Shown here piece after piece: positions 1 to 14,139 of a stretch of 64,000 bases of DNA. The stretch is from NCBI GenBank assembly GCA_951406725.2, contig OX597834.1:33294001-33358000 (forward strand). The letters run 5' to 3'. The notes below the pieces were generated by a model. It did no database searches and was not told the DNA's origin. It worked only from the letters and a program-made list of their open reading frames with translations. The first letter of the stretch is position 1; each line of letters begins with the position of its first letter. The DNA is from Octopus vulgaris (Eukaryota). A program made the position numbers and the translations under genes.

Positions 1-3000
1 ACTGGAACGTGGTGCAACTCCCCAGCTTACCAGTTTCCAGTCAAATCGTCCAACCCATGCCAGCATGGAAAATGGGCATTAAATGACAATGATGATGATG
101 TCTGCATATATCGCCGTGTTTTCTATATATATTCTTTTATTCTTTTACTGTACCCATGCTGGAGCACTGCCTTAAAGGGGTTTTTTTAGTCGAAGAAATC
201 ATCCCCAGGACTTATTCATTGTAAGCCTTATTCTATTGGGCCTTTTTGCCAAACCGCTAAGTTACAAAGATGTAAATACACCAACACCAGATGTCAAGCA
301 GTGGTGGGGAGGGGGACAAACATAGACACAAAGACACACATAAATATATATATATACATACACATATACAACAGGCTTCTTTCAGTTTCTGTTGACCAAA
401 TCCACTCACAAGGCTTTAGTCAGCCAGAGGCTATAGTACAAGACATCTGCCTAAGGTGCCACACAGTGAGACTGAGCCTGGAACAATATGGTTGGGAAGC
501 AAGCTTCTTACCACACAGCCACACCATGCCTCTGTATGTAATGGCTCTGTATTCCTCTATTCCTTTATGCTGTTTATGTGTTCCAGCCCAAAGGCCATGG
601 CCATGCTGGAGCACTACTCTTAAAAATACATGAAGCCTCATTGGGACCTCATGCACTTTTACGGCAATGCCCCATCAACTGCACGTGTGTGTAATCACAA
701 TGTGTGCGTGTCCTCACATTCTACTGTGTGTATAAGTGTGTGCATGTATTTCTGTGTATGCGTTGGTGTGAGTGTGTGTGAATGCATTTGTGTATGTAAG
801 CGTGTGTGTGTGAATGCATTTCTTTGTGTGTATGCGTTCCAGTGTACCTCTTGTGACGACTGCTCTGCTCTGTGTGCGTGTGACTGCTAATATGTTGCTG
901 CATGGGTCTCTGCTTGTGTGTGTGTGTGTGTGTGCCTGTATGGATGTGTATATTTGTGTGCCTCTGTGTGTGTGTGTGCCTGTATGGATGTGTATATTTG
1001 TGTGCCTCTGTGTGTGTGTGTGTGTGTGTGTGCATATCCTGTCTGTGTGCATGGCAGAGATTACAAGTACATATTAGCATGCAACTTCCTCTCTCTGTAA
1101 GTGCAGGACTGAAAGAAAAAAACACTCAGAGTAAAAGGAGAGAGAGAGAGAACAAACAGGTAGAGGAAAACTAAACTAAGCAAGCAAGGGATAGAAGGAG
1201 AGGGAGAAAGAGAGGAAGGAGAGAGGAAGAGGAACAAGAGGAGATAAGAGGAGAGAGAGGGGGAGAAGAGAAGAAAAATAGAAGGGGGAAATAGAAAAAA
1301 ATTCAAGTTGAATGGCTTCCCGTCTCCCCCACCCCACCCCAACCACAAAACTGTTAAGAATGGAAGTTTGAGCCTTAAAGTTTTATTATTATTCTCCAGT
1401 GAAGCTTGACAACAAACCACCCTGAAGTGTAGGAGCAGAGTAGGGGTGAGGCTGCCATGGTGGTGGTGGTGGTGGTTGTGGAGATGTGTTCATAGACAAC
1501 CACAGGTAGACAAAATAGTTGCTTGACCTTTGACCATTGTGGTGGTTAGAATTACATTGAAATTAACCTCATCATGATAATGCCTGTGTTTGTTTGTGTA
1601 CATAAAAGCCCAAATATCCAGCTGCTGCCACAATCATCATTTTAACCCCTACTTTTCCAGGTTAGCATGGTTCAGAGGAAATTCATCAAAGCAAATTGTC
1701 TATGGCTGAATACTTTTCCTGTTGAATATTCTTCTCTTTCCACCTTGCCCCACCTCCAAACAAGGTAATATTTCTTCTAGTGCTTTGCACATAAACAGCA
1801 CAACAGCCAGACATGTTTTCACTGAAGATTGCAAAACAAAACAAAACAAAAAATACCATCATTTGTACGGCAGCGGCATTTATCTACAATTACTATGTGA
1901 TGTTAAGTTACAGAGTCAATCACATACACACAGACAAATACATACAACATGAATATCATCCTCACTTTAATACCCACCTCTCCGTGCATGCAGGGGTCAG
2001 ATGGAGTTTATTGAGGTGGATTTTCTACAACTGGATGCCCTTTCTGTTGCCAACCCTCACTTGTTTCCAAGAGACCGGGTGGCATGTTGTGTTCTTGAGC
2101 AATACATTTCATTTCATGTTGCTCCAGTTTGATGGTGGAGGGAATGGTGGCCTGCTTGCCTAGCCAGAGAGGTAGTGTCATCCAAAGGCTTTAACAATGC
2201 AAAGCGCATTGTGACTAGCGATCAATGGCTTTAAATGCTTCAAGATTCACTATTCAAAAAAAAAAAAATTCTTCGTCTTTTATCCTTTACTTGTTTCAGT
2301 CATTAGACTGTGGCCATGCTGGGGCATCCAAACCCTTGAAGGGTTTAGATAAACAAATTGACCTCCATACTGATTTTTTTATCAAAGTTCAGTACTTCTT
2401 CTCTCAGTCTCTTTTTGCCAAACCACTAAGTTACAGGGATATAAACAAACCAACACCAGTTGTCAACAAGTAGTGGTAGGGGACAAACGCAAAGACACAC
2501 ACACACATCAACAACAGGCTTCTTTCAGCTTTTGTCTACCAAATTCAACTCAGAATGCTTTGGTTGGCCCAGGACCATAGTAAAGGTGCCATGCAGTGGG
2601 ACTGAACCTAGAACCATGTAGTTGGGAAGCAAACTTTTTACCACACAACCACACCTGCACCTTTTTATTTATTTATTTATTTGCTAAATAAAGAGGCCTA
2701 TGTGGGGTACAGGTTCTATAAAGCTTGAGTTTTTGGAGTGGGGGGGTGTCTCCTCAAAGGATCAAATGTTTAAACATTAAACAATTAATTGCTTTTACAC
2801 ACATGCAGGTGCATATACCTGTATACCAGCGAATTTTATTTTAAATTTAGAAAAATACATATGCACGTGTATGCTTGTGAACATGTGTGAATGTATATTC
2901 ATTCTTCATGAAATTAAATCTATTCAAGTGTATGTCACCCCAGTGACTGCCAGGCGATACCACCCCACCCCCACCACTGCCCCACCCCCCACACACGTGC

Positions 3001-6000
3001 ATGCACAGATGTAAACAAAACACAATCCAACATGAGTGGGAAGGGTGTGTGTGTGGTGTGTGTGTGTGCAGGCATGCATGACTTCACACAGGTATAAACA
3101 AAGCCCAGCCCAACACACACACAAAACACATCCACTTAGTGTCACATCCAAATAACCATAGACACACACACACACAATCAATCCACACATACAAAGAGAA
3201 ATACTTTTTACCCCCACCAAAACACACACACACACACCACATCCACACAGAAAGCAATGAAGCAGGGCCAACGAGTAGGGGGAGTGGGCAGAGCAGTTGT
3301 AAATGAAGGAGTCAGTCATTGTAGACAGAGAAAACAAGAACCCAAGTCCTCTTCCACTACACTTTGAGGGGTTGAAGGGTAACTCAATAGTTGAGGGAGG
3401 AACAGGAGGGGGAGGGACATGCATGGTGAACTGACCAACTGGAGCAGAAGAAGATGACAACCATAAACAAACCACAAGCAATTATTAGGTGGTTGCCCAA
3501 AGTGCTACAAGTAGCAGTCAAATCTCCCTTAAATCATTACCTTTTACACTTTACTTGTTTCAGTCATAAGACTGTGGCCATGCTGGGGCACCGGCATGAA
3601 GAATTTGTGTCAGAAACAGAGTCAGTGTTTAGCCCCATGGATCAACACTAAACCAACAGACCTTTGATCAAGAATATTCCAACCATGACCATCCAATCTT
3701 TTATTTAGATATAGTATATCTAAAGACTGTGGAGGCACATGGCTTAGTGATTAGGGTGCTGCACTCGTGAGCATAAGATTGTGGTTTCAATTCTTGGACC
3801 TGGCAATGCATTATGTTCTTGAGCAAAACACTTCATTTCACATCATTCCAGTCCAATCTGCTGGCAAAAAGGAGTTGTCCCTCCAACGGAGTGGTGTTCT
3901 ATCCAGTGGGGCAATACATCCACCACAGAATCCAGGAAACTAGCCCTGTGAGCCTATGGCTTGGGATGGATCACTTGATATTTAAGATGGTGTTATTCCA
4001 TTGTCCAATGTTTCCTTCCTTTAAGACAACAGAGTTACAATTCCCAAACATCTTTTCGTTTTAGTCATACAATCTTACGTACTTTTACAAGAAGAAGCAA
4101 AAAGGAAAACATTAACCCTTTAACACTTAAACTCGCCATATCCAGCCTCAATATTCTACATGTTTTATGTTCAACCTGATCAGATCCAGACAAATTTCAG
4201 GCCTCATGCCTCAAATAGAAAAGATTATTATGGCCAGGTTCCAACCTGGACCACAGCAACAAAATCTACCAACCACACCATCTTGATCCACCATCATTGC
4301 CTTGATGTCCTGGATACCTTCCAAGCCAGTGCAGTGTCTGAGAACAGTCGAGACCTCGACAGCAACCTGCACAAACTGACACTGGCTGATCAGGTTCTTT
4401 TTCTCCTCTGTATTACAGGTGGCAACACCCAGGCTTACGGACAGTAACATGATATAAAATAGGTTATGGAAATGATAAAGATAAATATAAGAAACAAAAT
4501 CCGCTGTACTTATATTTTATTCGTAGCTCGCTTTAGAAATATTAAAATTACTTAACACACCTCAGTTAAAGGTAACTAATTAATACAAAAAAGCTATTTA
4601 TATAGGTACAGGTATGGGTGCATTGTTCTGAATCTTGTTTCAAAACTATGAGCAAACAGTAACAACAGCAACAATATCATTAACAACAAATAAGTAACAG
4701 CTGAAGATGTGTTGTTGTGTTGCAGGTGGGAGAAGGGAAACGGTTGAGTCAGTGAAAGTGAAAGAGGAGGGGGACGGAGGAAAGAAGTGGGGGAGAGGGG
4801 AAAAGAGAGAGTGAGAGAGAGAGAGAGAGAGAGAAAGAGAGGAGTAACTTTAAAAAAAACCCACTACGGTACAGGCGTGGCTGTGCAGAAAGAAGCTTAC
4901 CTTCCCCAACGATGTGGTTTGCGGTTAGGTTCCACTGCGTGGCACCTTGGGCAAGTGTCTTCTACTATGGCCTTAGGCCAACTAATGCTCTGTAAGTGGA
5001 TTTGGTAGGTGGAAACTGAAAGAAGCCCATCAAACACACACACACACATCATCATCATCATCATTTAACGTCCGTTTTCCATGCTAGCATGTGTTGGACG
5101 GTTCGACTGGCATCTGGGAATCCAGGAGGCTGCACCAGGCTTCCAGTCTGATCTGGCAGTGTTTCTACAGCTGGATGCCCTTCCTAACGCCAACCACCCC
5201 CGTGAGTATAGTGGGTGATTTTTACGTGCAACTGACACAGGGGCCAGATGAGGCTGGCAAATGACCACGATCGGTTGGTGCTTTTACGTGTCATCGACAT
5301 GGACGCCAGTCAGGCAGCGCTGACAACTGCCACGTTCAGATGGTGATTTTAACGTGTCACCGGCACGGGTGTAATTATTTGGACTTTGGGTATATGGTTA
5401 GTAGTATGCCAATTAAATCACGTTCACTGTTTAGGCTAACCTGATGTCATTCATTCACAGTTACGATATAAGGTTCTCATGAACTCCATTTTTGATTTCT
5501 TTCATTCATTAAATACAAATATATATCATCATCATTAAATGTCTGTTTTCCATGCTGGTATGGGTTGGACGGTCTGGCTGAAATTGGTAAGCTGGAGCGC
5601 TACACCAGGTTCCAGTCTGATGCCCTTCCTAATGCCAACCACTCCACAGAGTGTAATATATATTAAGAAAAAGAAACTATGTCAATAAGGTACCCTGAGA
5701 TAGATTACACCGACATATATTTGTAAGGTACCTTAACATATATTTGTACAGCACCCTGACATATTATAACAAGGTACCTTGACACACATTAAGCTATTTT
5801 GATATATAGTTATTCCCTAGGGTAGCATGATAAAATCCACCCAGTTCAGTGGTTGGTGATAGGAAAGTCATTTAGCTTTTAACAACCAGGCCTAAAACAT
5901 CACACACATACACACACACACACACACACAAGAAAGTTGGTTGCTTTCTTCCATTGCTGCAGTTGCTGAAAAACTAACATGTGTTGAGATGCTTATGAGA

Positions 6001-7967
6001 GATTCCTAATCAATGCCAGCAAGGATAAAAATGGACAGAGATGATGATAATGGGAGGGGGGAGGACAATGCTGATGATGGTGATGATGCAGCTTTGCAGT
6101 TGCGGATTTATTTTTACGGATGTTTGTGAGAGGGGTGGGTGGGTGGGTGGGGAAGAGAAGTTACCGGAATAACTAAACAAGACTTGTTACATATGCACGA
6201 CAGAGTGATCTATCCGTATGAAGACCAACAAGACAGGGTAGTGTAACAAGGTGGATATAAACAAACAAACATACATTGACAATATATACATATGCACACA
6301 CATTGATGTTTAAATAATTATAAATATGTGTGTGTGTGTGTACATACAAACAGGATTATATATATATAAATATATAAATACACACACATTCACATAGCAC
6401 ATAGTGGTGTATACATACATGCAGTAATATATGAGTGTGCACAGATAACATATATATATATATATATATATAAACATACATAAAGAACATAGTTATGTGT
6501 ACATATATATATCAACAGCTTGCAAATATACACAATGTGGTATGTATAAACAAACATACATGTCAACACACATGTATAGAAAATAGTCTTATACCCACAC
6601 ACAAATACACACAACATGCATTTGACACTCAAATCTAAACATACTTCAACCAATACACACACACACACACACACACACACGCACGCACGCAAATATACTT
6701 GCACATGTACACCACTGCCACCTCCACCACAGGGAACATGAGCAAGAAACAGGGAAAACTGCCAATCTGAAGGGTCTGTCTACCACTGCTACAACCACCT
6801 CCACTATCATCACCACCACCAATTCTACAACTAACACTACTACTAATACCACTGCCACCTCTACCACTACAACCACTTCCCCTACCAACATTGCTATCAC
6901 CACCAGCACAGCTTACAATCACTACTACCACCAAAACCACCACACAAACTACATCCAAAACTAACCTTCTAAGCACCATCACACCACCAACCAGAATCAC
7001 CTCGCCCTTCTACTACCATCACACCACCACCACAACACTGCCCCTACCACCAAGCTGCAGTGGATGCATTAGCAAACATTTTTAAGCAAGTGCAATCCAA
7101 CAAACACAGCACCAAAATAGACAGCAATCTCTTTTGCTATAAATATAGGATTCAATATCTTCAAACATGCAGATGGAAGATTCCATTTTCTGACATCTAC
7201 ATTCAACCTTACCATTCAATGAGGGAGATCCCATTTTTACATTCTACAAGAAGAATTATTCTTTTTTAACAAAGATAATAATTCTTTCTACTACAGACAC
7301 AAGGCCTGAAACTTTTTGGAGAGGGGCTAGTTGATAAGGTCATGCTCGACTGGCCCTTTGTTTAACCAACCCCAAAAGGACGAATGGCAAAGTCAACTCT
7401 GACAGAATTTGAACCCAGAACGTAAAGAGCTGGAAGTAATGACAATAAATAATTCTTTCTAGTATAAGCACAAGGTCTGAAATTTTCAGGGGAGGGAGTA
7501 ATCAGTCACATCAACCCCAGTGCTCAACTGGTATTTATTTTATTGACCCCAAAAGGATAAAAGGTGAAGTCAATGTGAGGGGAATTTGAACTCAGACACA
7601 TGAAATGTCTCTCAGCATTTTGTCCAGCATGCTAACGATTCTGCCAGCTTACTGCCTCAGTGCCACTAAATAATAAAAATTGTTTCATAATAATGACAAT
7701 AATAATCACATTTGCTGTGTCCACAAAAACCAGCTTGTAAGATAATCATGCTGTTATTCCTTAACATGAGCAATTTAAATAAAAAAATTAGCCTACCACA
7801 GTCTATGTTCTTGTTAAATTAGTCATTCATGAAGTTTGCTTCCTAACCACATGGCTCCAGGTTCAGTCCCACTGCATGGCACCTTGGGCAAGTGTCTTCT
7901 ACTATAGCCTCGGGCTGACCAAAGCCTTGTGAGTGGATTTGGTAGATGGAAACTGAAGGAGTCCGTC

Positions 7968-8002
<35 letters not shown>

Positions 8003-8021
8003 TATACATACATACATATAT

Positions 8022-8061
<40 letters not shown>

Positions 8062-8160
8062 ACATATACACACACACACACATACATACACACACACACA
8101 CACATACATATACACACACACACACACATACATATACACACACACACATACACACACACA

Positions 8161-8246
<86 letters not shown>

Positions 8247-8255
8247 CATATATAT
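7968..8255. repeat. Compound (TA)/(CA)/(TACA) microsatellite inside an S1 SINE
   Basis: Read directly from the sequence. Confidence 0.95.
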
Positions 8256-9361
8256 TGATAGAAATGGCAAAACAACAAAAGAATGAAAGAGACCTCGATA
8301 TTATGTAAATGGAGGAATTTATCTGTAAAATAATATGTGACAATTATTCGGTAGCCATGATAAAACTCTGAGTTTCAGATGCCAACTAGAACTGGCTGGT
8401 GTGTTTATGCCCCCATAATTTAGCAGTTTGGCAAAAGAACCAGACAGAATAAGTACTGGGGTCAGTACGTTTGACTAAAAATTCTTCAGGGCAGTGCTCC
8501 AGCATGGCCACAGTCTACTGACTGGAACAAGCAAAGGAATAAAAGAACAAGACTACCTATAAATCAAAAACATAAAGCAGACAGGGTCCAGACATTTATG
8601 CATTAATGTTTAATAATAGTCAACGCAATACCCTCAGCGTTACATCATAATAAAACCAAATTTGATAGCAAGCTCTTTCATAGGCCTACAGCTGCTGTCA
8701 ACCACAATCATACAACCATAAATTGCGTCTGTTTCAGTGTTAACCCATTAAATAGACAATACAACAGATATTGTGACAGCACCATGTGATTACATAACTA
8801 TAAACACTGCTGTTAACATATGAACCCTTGTACAGATCACAGTTACTGGTAGAACAGGGTAATTACATATATGGATGGCTAAGCGATTAGGGTATTCGGT
8901 TCAAGATTGTAAGGTTGGGAGTTTGATAGCTGGCAGTGCTGAATGTCCTTAAGCAAGACACTTTTTTTTTTTTTTTCTCGTTGCTCCAGTCCACTCGGCT
9001 GGCAAAAAGGAGTCGTACCTGTGTTTTAAAGGACTAGCCTTGTCACATTCTATGTCATGCAGGATCTCCCTCACAACTACATTAAGGGTATGTCTTTCTG
9101 TCAAGTACTTGGCTACTTCCAAGTTAATTTCATGAGCAGGTTGTTCCTTTGATCAGATCGATAAGAACCCTCTTCGCCGTAACCAATGGAGTGCATTATT
9201 TTGAAGGGTTAATTGCATTTCGCATTAATGCAGGCATGTAAGTAATTTATCTACTATCAAATAATATAAATTATTTTCATGCTTTAAAGTTACAAAACAA
9301 TTTGTCATGATATTAAAATTTTTTTATTGTTAAAAATTTCATCAACCTATTTATCATTTAT

Positions 9362-9398
<37 letters not shown>

Positions 9399-9402
<4 letters not shown>

Positions 9403-9601
9403 GGGGAAAGTTTACGAAAATAAACAAAAGATGAAGGCAGGTAGAGTACAAACAAACAAATGTATTAGTATAGCGCTCAGGAATAGAAATAGAAAAAGTC
9501 TTTTACGTTTCGAGCCTACGCTCTTTGATAGAAAGATACACAGAAAAAAACAAGGAGAAAAAAATGCATGTAGGAGCTAACGATCTATCATGGTGTCCTG
9601 A

Positions 9602-9603
<2 letters not shown>
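9399..9603 (-). mobile_element. Short non-autonomous element in (TA)n with hammerhead-like motif (copy 1)
   Basis: About 200 bp, closely similar to 24913-25111 and flanked by (TA)n. Minus strand 9499-9536: UCUUU-CUAUCAA-A-GAGCguagGCUC-GAAACGUA-AAAGA (first half of the core decayed). Confidence 0.75.
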
Positions 9604-9663
<60 letters not shown>

Positions 9664-12651
9664 ATAATAATAATAATAATGATAATAATAAGGGTGGCTA
9701 TATATATATGGTGGTAGCGTCTTGTAAATTGAGAAAGATGGTTTTGCAATGTTTTGCTGAATGACCTGCACAAATGATTTGTTTATAGTGACCAAATGTG
9801 TGTGCTGTACATTAAGGTCAGTCTCCGCCCATCAAATCAATGTTGCCTGAACAGGTGCACAGTGTGCCACGTGTCAAAGTGGTTGCAGACAGGGAGATGG
9901 ACAGATAAACGCATATGTCAAATACCACACAACCTGAATTTCTCTCTATTATTCAAATATATACCACTATCCACATTCTTTGTTTAGATATGACTGATTA
10001 CCTAGGCCATGTGTTCTACTTTGCTTTGTATAAACCTAAGTCCTTTGGTTACTGAAGACAAGGCCAGACAATTGTCCTCCTGGTGAAAGCTGCTCAACCA
10101 GAAACTCATGTGCACGACTGTCCTCTTATCTCTGGACAATAAGCCTGTCCTTTTCCTTATCGCTTTAACATGTAAACCGACCATATCCGGTTCAAATGAC
10201 ATCCCGGGTTTTATGTTCAAACTAGCCAGATATGGCCTCACATGCACACACTAAAAATGAGTGATCCCATCAAAATTTCAAAGACATGAGATAATGCATG
10301 ATTGATTCCCAACAATGTGAATAAATAAACATTATATTTGACAGAATAATCTGAATGCTAAAGGGTTAATGATGACAGTTTGACCAAGACTGGCAAGCTG
10401 GAAGGCTGCACCAGACTCCAGTCTGTTTTCTACAGCTCAATGCCCTTCCTAATGCCAACCACTCCAAGAGTATAATGGGTGATTTTACATGCCACCAGCA
10501 CAGGTGCCATTTATGTGACACCAGTGTCTATTATGACTGCAATTTCATTTGGCTTGATGGGTCTTCTTCTCAAGCATGACATAATGCCAAAGGTCTTGGT
10601 CATTCATCATTTCCTCCATGAAGCCCATCACTCCAAAGGTGCATTTCATGTGCCACCTGCATTGGCTGTGTGGTAAGAAATTTGAATCCCAACCACATGA
10701 TTCCAGGTTCAGTCCCACTCCATGGCACCTTGGGTAAGTGTCTTCTACTATAGCCTCAAGCTGACCAAAGCCTTGTAAGTGGATTTGGTAGACAGAAACT
10801 GAAAGAAACCCATGGTGCATATATGTGTGTGTGTGTGTGTGTTTTGTGTCTATCATCACTTGACTAACGGTGTTGGTGTGTTTGTGTCCCCGTTACTTAG
10901 TAGTTCAGCAAAAGCGACCAACAGAATAAGTGCCACTTCTTAACAAAAACAGAAAAAAAAGAGGTTTTGGGGTCAATTCAGTCCACTAAAAAGATTCAAG
11001 GTGGTGCCCCAGCACGGCCACAGTCTAGTGACTGAAACAAGTAACAGGTAAAAGATATATATTGTATATATGATGAGTTTCTTTCAGTTTCCATCTACAA
11101 AACTCACAAGGATTTGGTTGGCCTGGGGCCATAGTAGAAACCACTTGTAGGTGCTGCACTGTCAGTTTGAACCCAAGACCACATGATCGAGAAGCAAGCT
11201 TCTTAACCAAACAGCCAAGCCTGCATTTGTTTGTGTACATGAGTACACACACACACACACATCCTGTTGTCTGTATGTTAACCCTGAACAGACCACAGAT
11301 ACTGGTACATACTGTGTAAACACATTACAAGAAACCCAATTTCCTCAACGTTAACCCGTTAACCCTTCTGTGGAATTACACCGACTTTGATGATGCTAAT
11401 TTTGAAAACAATGGATAATTTAATAAAACAACATTGTCATTATTAATCTGGTATTTGGAACATAAACAGACGTAAAATTTTGAAGGTGGGTTTTAATTGA
11501 GACCACTTAAAAGCAGGAAGTTTGAGTCATCAAAGAAGTGGAGGGTGGGTTGGTGACGAAAGGGTTAAAAAAGACCACAGATATTGTAGCAGAACTGTGT
11601 TATTAATTACAGCACTATACACCTGGTGACATTCATATTCACCCTTTAAATAGAAGACAGGTATGGGAAGACCTCACAAGCCAACAAAAGACCCTCAACC
11701 CCATTGCTTCTGAAGTGGAGGGGCACAGTGATGTTTTGGTGAGGTGCAAGTTACTCCAGAACTTGAGTGTCAATAAGTAGTCAATGTGGAAGATGTTGAG
11801 CTGGCAGAATCATTAGCATGCCAGGCAAAATGTCTTCATGTTCTGAGTTCAAATTCCACTGAGGTCGACTTTGCTTTTCATCTTTTTGGGGGATCAATAA
11901 AATAAGTACTAGTTTAACACTGGGGAGTAGGGGGGTCAATGCAATTGACTTACCCACTCCCCTGATACTGCTGGGGTTTTGTGCCAAAATTTGAAATCAT
12001 CATCATCATTATTATTATTATTATTATTATTAAGGTGGTGACTTGGCAGACTCAATAGTACACCAAGCAAAATGCTCAGTAGCATTTCATTCATCTTTAT
12101 GTTCGAAGTTCAAATTCTGCCAATGTCGACTTTGCCTTTCACCCTTTTGGGGGTCAATAAAATAAGTACCATTTTGTTCAAGAACACAATGTGCTGCTCA
12201 GTCTGGGAATCTAACCGGCAATCTAGCGATCCCGAGTGCAACACCCTAACCAGTAGGCCATGCACCTTGCCCATTCATGGTGGGGCCATGCACATGGTTT
12301 CGGTAGGGATCAAAGTGGGGGTGTGGGAGAAAAAAGACTGGGGGAACACTGCTCTACAAGGTCACTCCATCTGCTAGACACAGCAGCCAAATCTACAGCA
12401 ATTAGCCGCCAACAGGTCAGTCTCATTCTTGCTGTATGGTGTTGGAAACAGCCAGAACGATGGTTATGATGATGATGATGATAAAGCCGATAATGTGCTG
12501 TTAGCAGTGTGGTGACAACAATACCATTGATGATGATGATGATGAGGAGGAGGAGGATTTTGATAATGATCATGGCAGTGGTATTGATGACAGGGATGTT
12601 TATTAATGATGGAAAACAAACAAACAAACAGGAAATCAAAGTCATCACAAT

Positions 12652-12688
<37 letters not shown>

Positions 12689-13665
12689 AAGTGAGTGTGT
12701 GCGTGTTTGCATGCATGTGTGCATACGTGCAGCTGATTAGATATGTATCAGGGTAGATAGACAGCAGCAACAAGATGATGGGGACGGGGGTGGGGTGGGG
12801 GATTAGATGGGGGTGAGGGTGAATTGGTGCAGTTATCCGGTGTCTGAATGAATCACAGCGTGGGCAGTATGAATGAAAGTTTAGAAGCTGGAGGAGAACA
12901 AGACGCATACACCCCTACGTCTATCTACCTATGCATGCCTGCCTGCATGCCTGCCTAGCCACCCTTAATTGGGTCTGTGGGTGGATGGACAGGCATAACT
13001 CAGTGACTGAAATAGAAATAGTTTTGAGTGTGTGTATATACATATATATATATATATATATGTGTGTATGTGTGTATGTATGAATGTATGTATACACTCA
13101 CTCACATATATACACACAAACAGATGCATAAACAAACATATCGGTAACCATTACAATAACCAAAATAGTAACAACACATAAACATACAACGATAACAACA
13201 ACAACAGCCACAATACATGTTAAAGAACCCTTTCATCACACACACACACACACAGTGAACGCTGGTAACAATACTAACATACACATGCCAATGTAAACAT
13301 ATACATATCATTTAGAGATATACAGATGCACAAAACTCATGCCCATACAGGAGCCAGATGGGTGGTGGGTGGGTGGGGGGAAGCCCATGGGAGCCTCTGG
13401 TACATTTTGATCATAGGTCTGCTCAGTGAAAGTTAACCAATGGTTAAAAACAACACTTGTGATAAATTCACCACCACTAGCAATAACAAACAGGATTTTC
13501 TATGTGGTCCCTTAACCTACAACTAAATGTCCCTCAAATTATACACTCTGTTATCTATAAAGAAGGAAAGATTCATTGAATAATGTAGTCTGAGGTACAC
13601 CACTCACTACAACGCCCAGTCCTTGTAATGGTGTGGTAGCTTGTATGCCTCAACAACCCTTAGAG

Positions 13666-13919
13666 CACTGGTTCTTAACCCAGGTTCATATGGACCTTAG
13701 GGGTCAATATAAAATTTTACTGCTAAAATTCATGTGCATTTAATTGGTTATATTCTACAATACGCAAAATATTTGAACAGTTTTTTTATACAATTTCTTT
13801 TAATATTTAATTACGAAAATACGATTAGGACTTTTTAAACTTTGAGTGGTTATGAGGGTCCAGTGGAGCAAAATAGGGACCAAAGGAGTCCAGAGGCAAA
13901 AAATGGTTGAGAACCACTA
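13666..13919. mobile_element. hAT-type MITE
   Basis: TIRs CACTGGTTCTTAACC / GGTTGAGAACCACTA. 8-bp TSD ccttagag versus reconstructed ccttaaag. Confidence 0.75.
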
Positions 13920-13925
13920 CCTTAA

Positions 13926-14139
13926 CCCTTTCGTTACTGTATTTATTTTGAGATGCTCTGTGTTTCTTTCAATTACTTTAAATATAACAAAGAATTTAGT
14001 AAAACAACTTAGTTATCATTAAGCTAGTGTTAGGAACATAAATTGTGACTAAGGTTTGGTGGAAGATTTTAATTCAAAACTTATGAAAACAAGACATTTG
14101 TAGCCAGAGCCAGTTTCAGCCGGGTTGGTAACAAAAGGG
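13926..14139. mobile_element. piggyBac-type MITE (family P1)
   Basis: TTAA|CCCTTTCGTTAC...GTAACAAAAGGG|TTAA. Further copies at 35475-35695 and 46334-46553. Confidence 0.85.
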
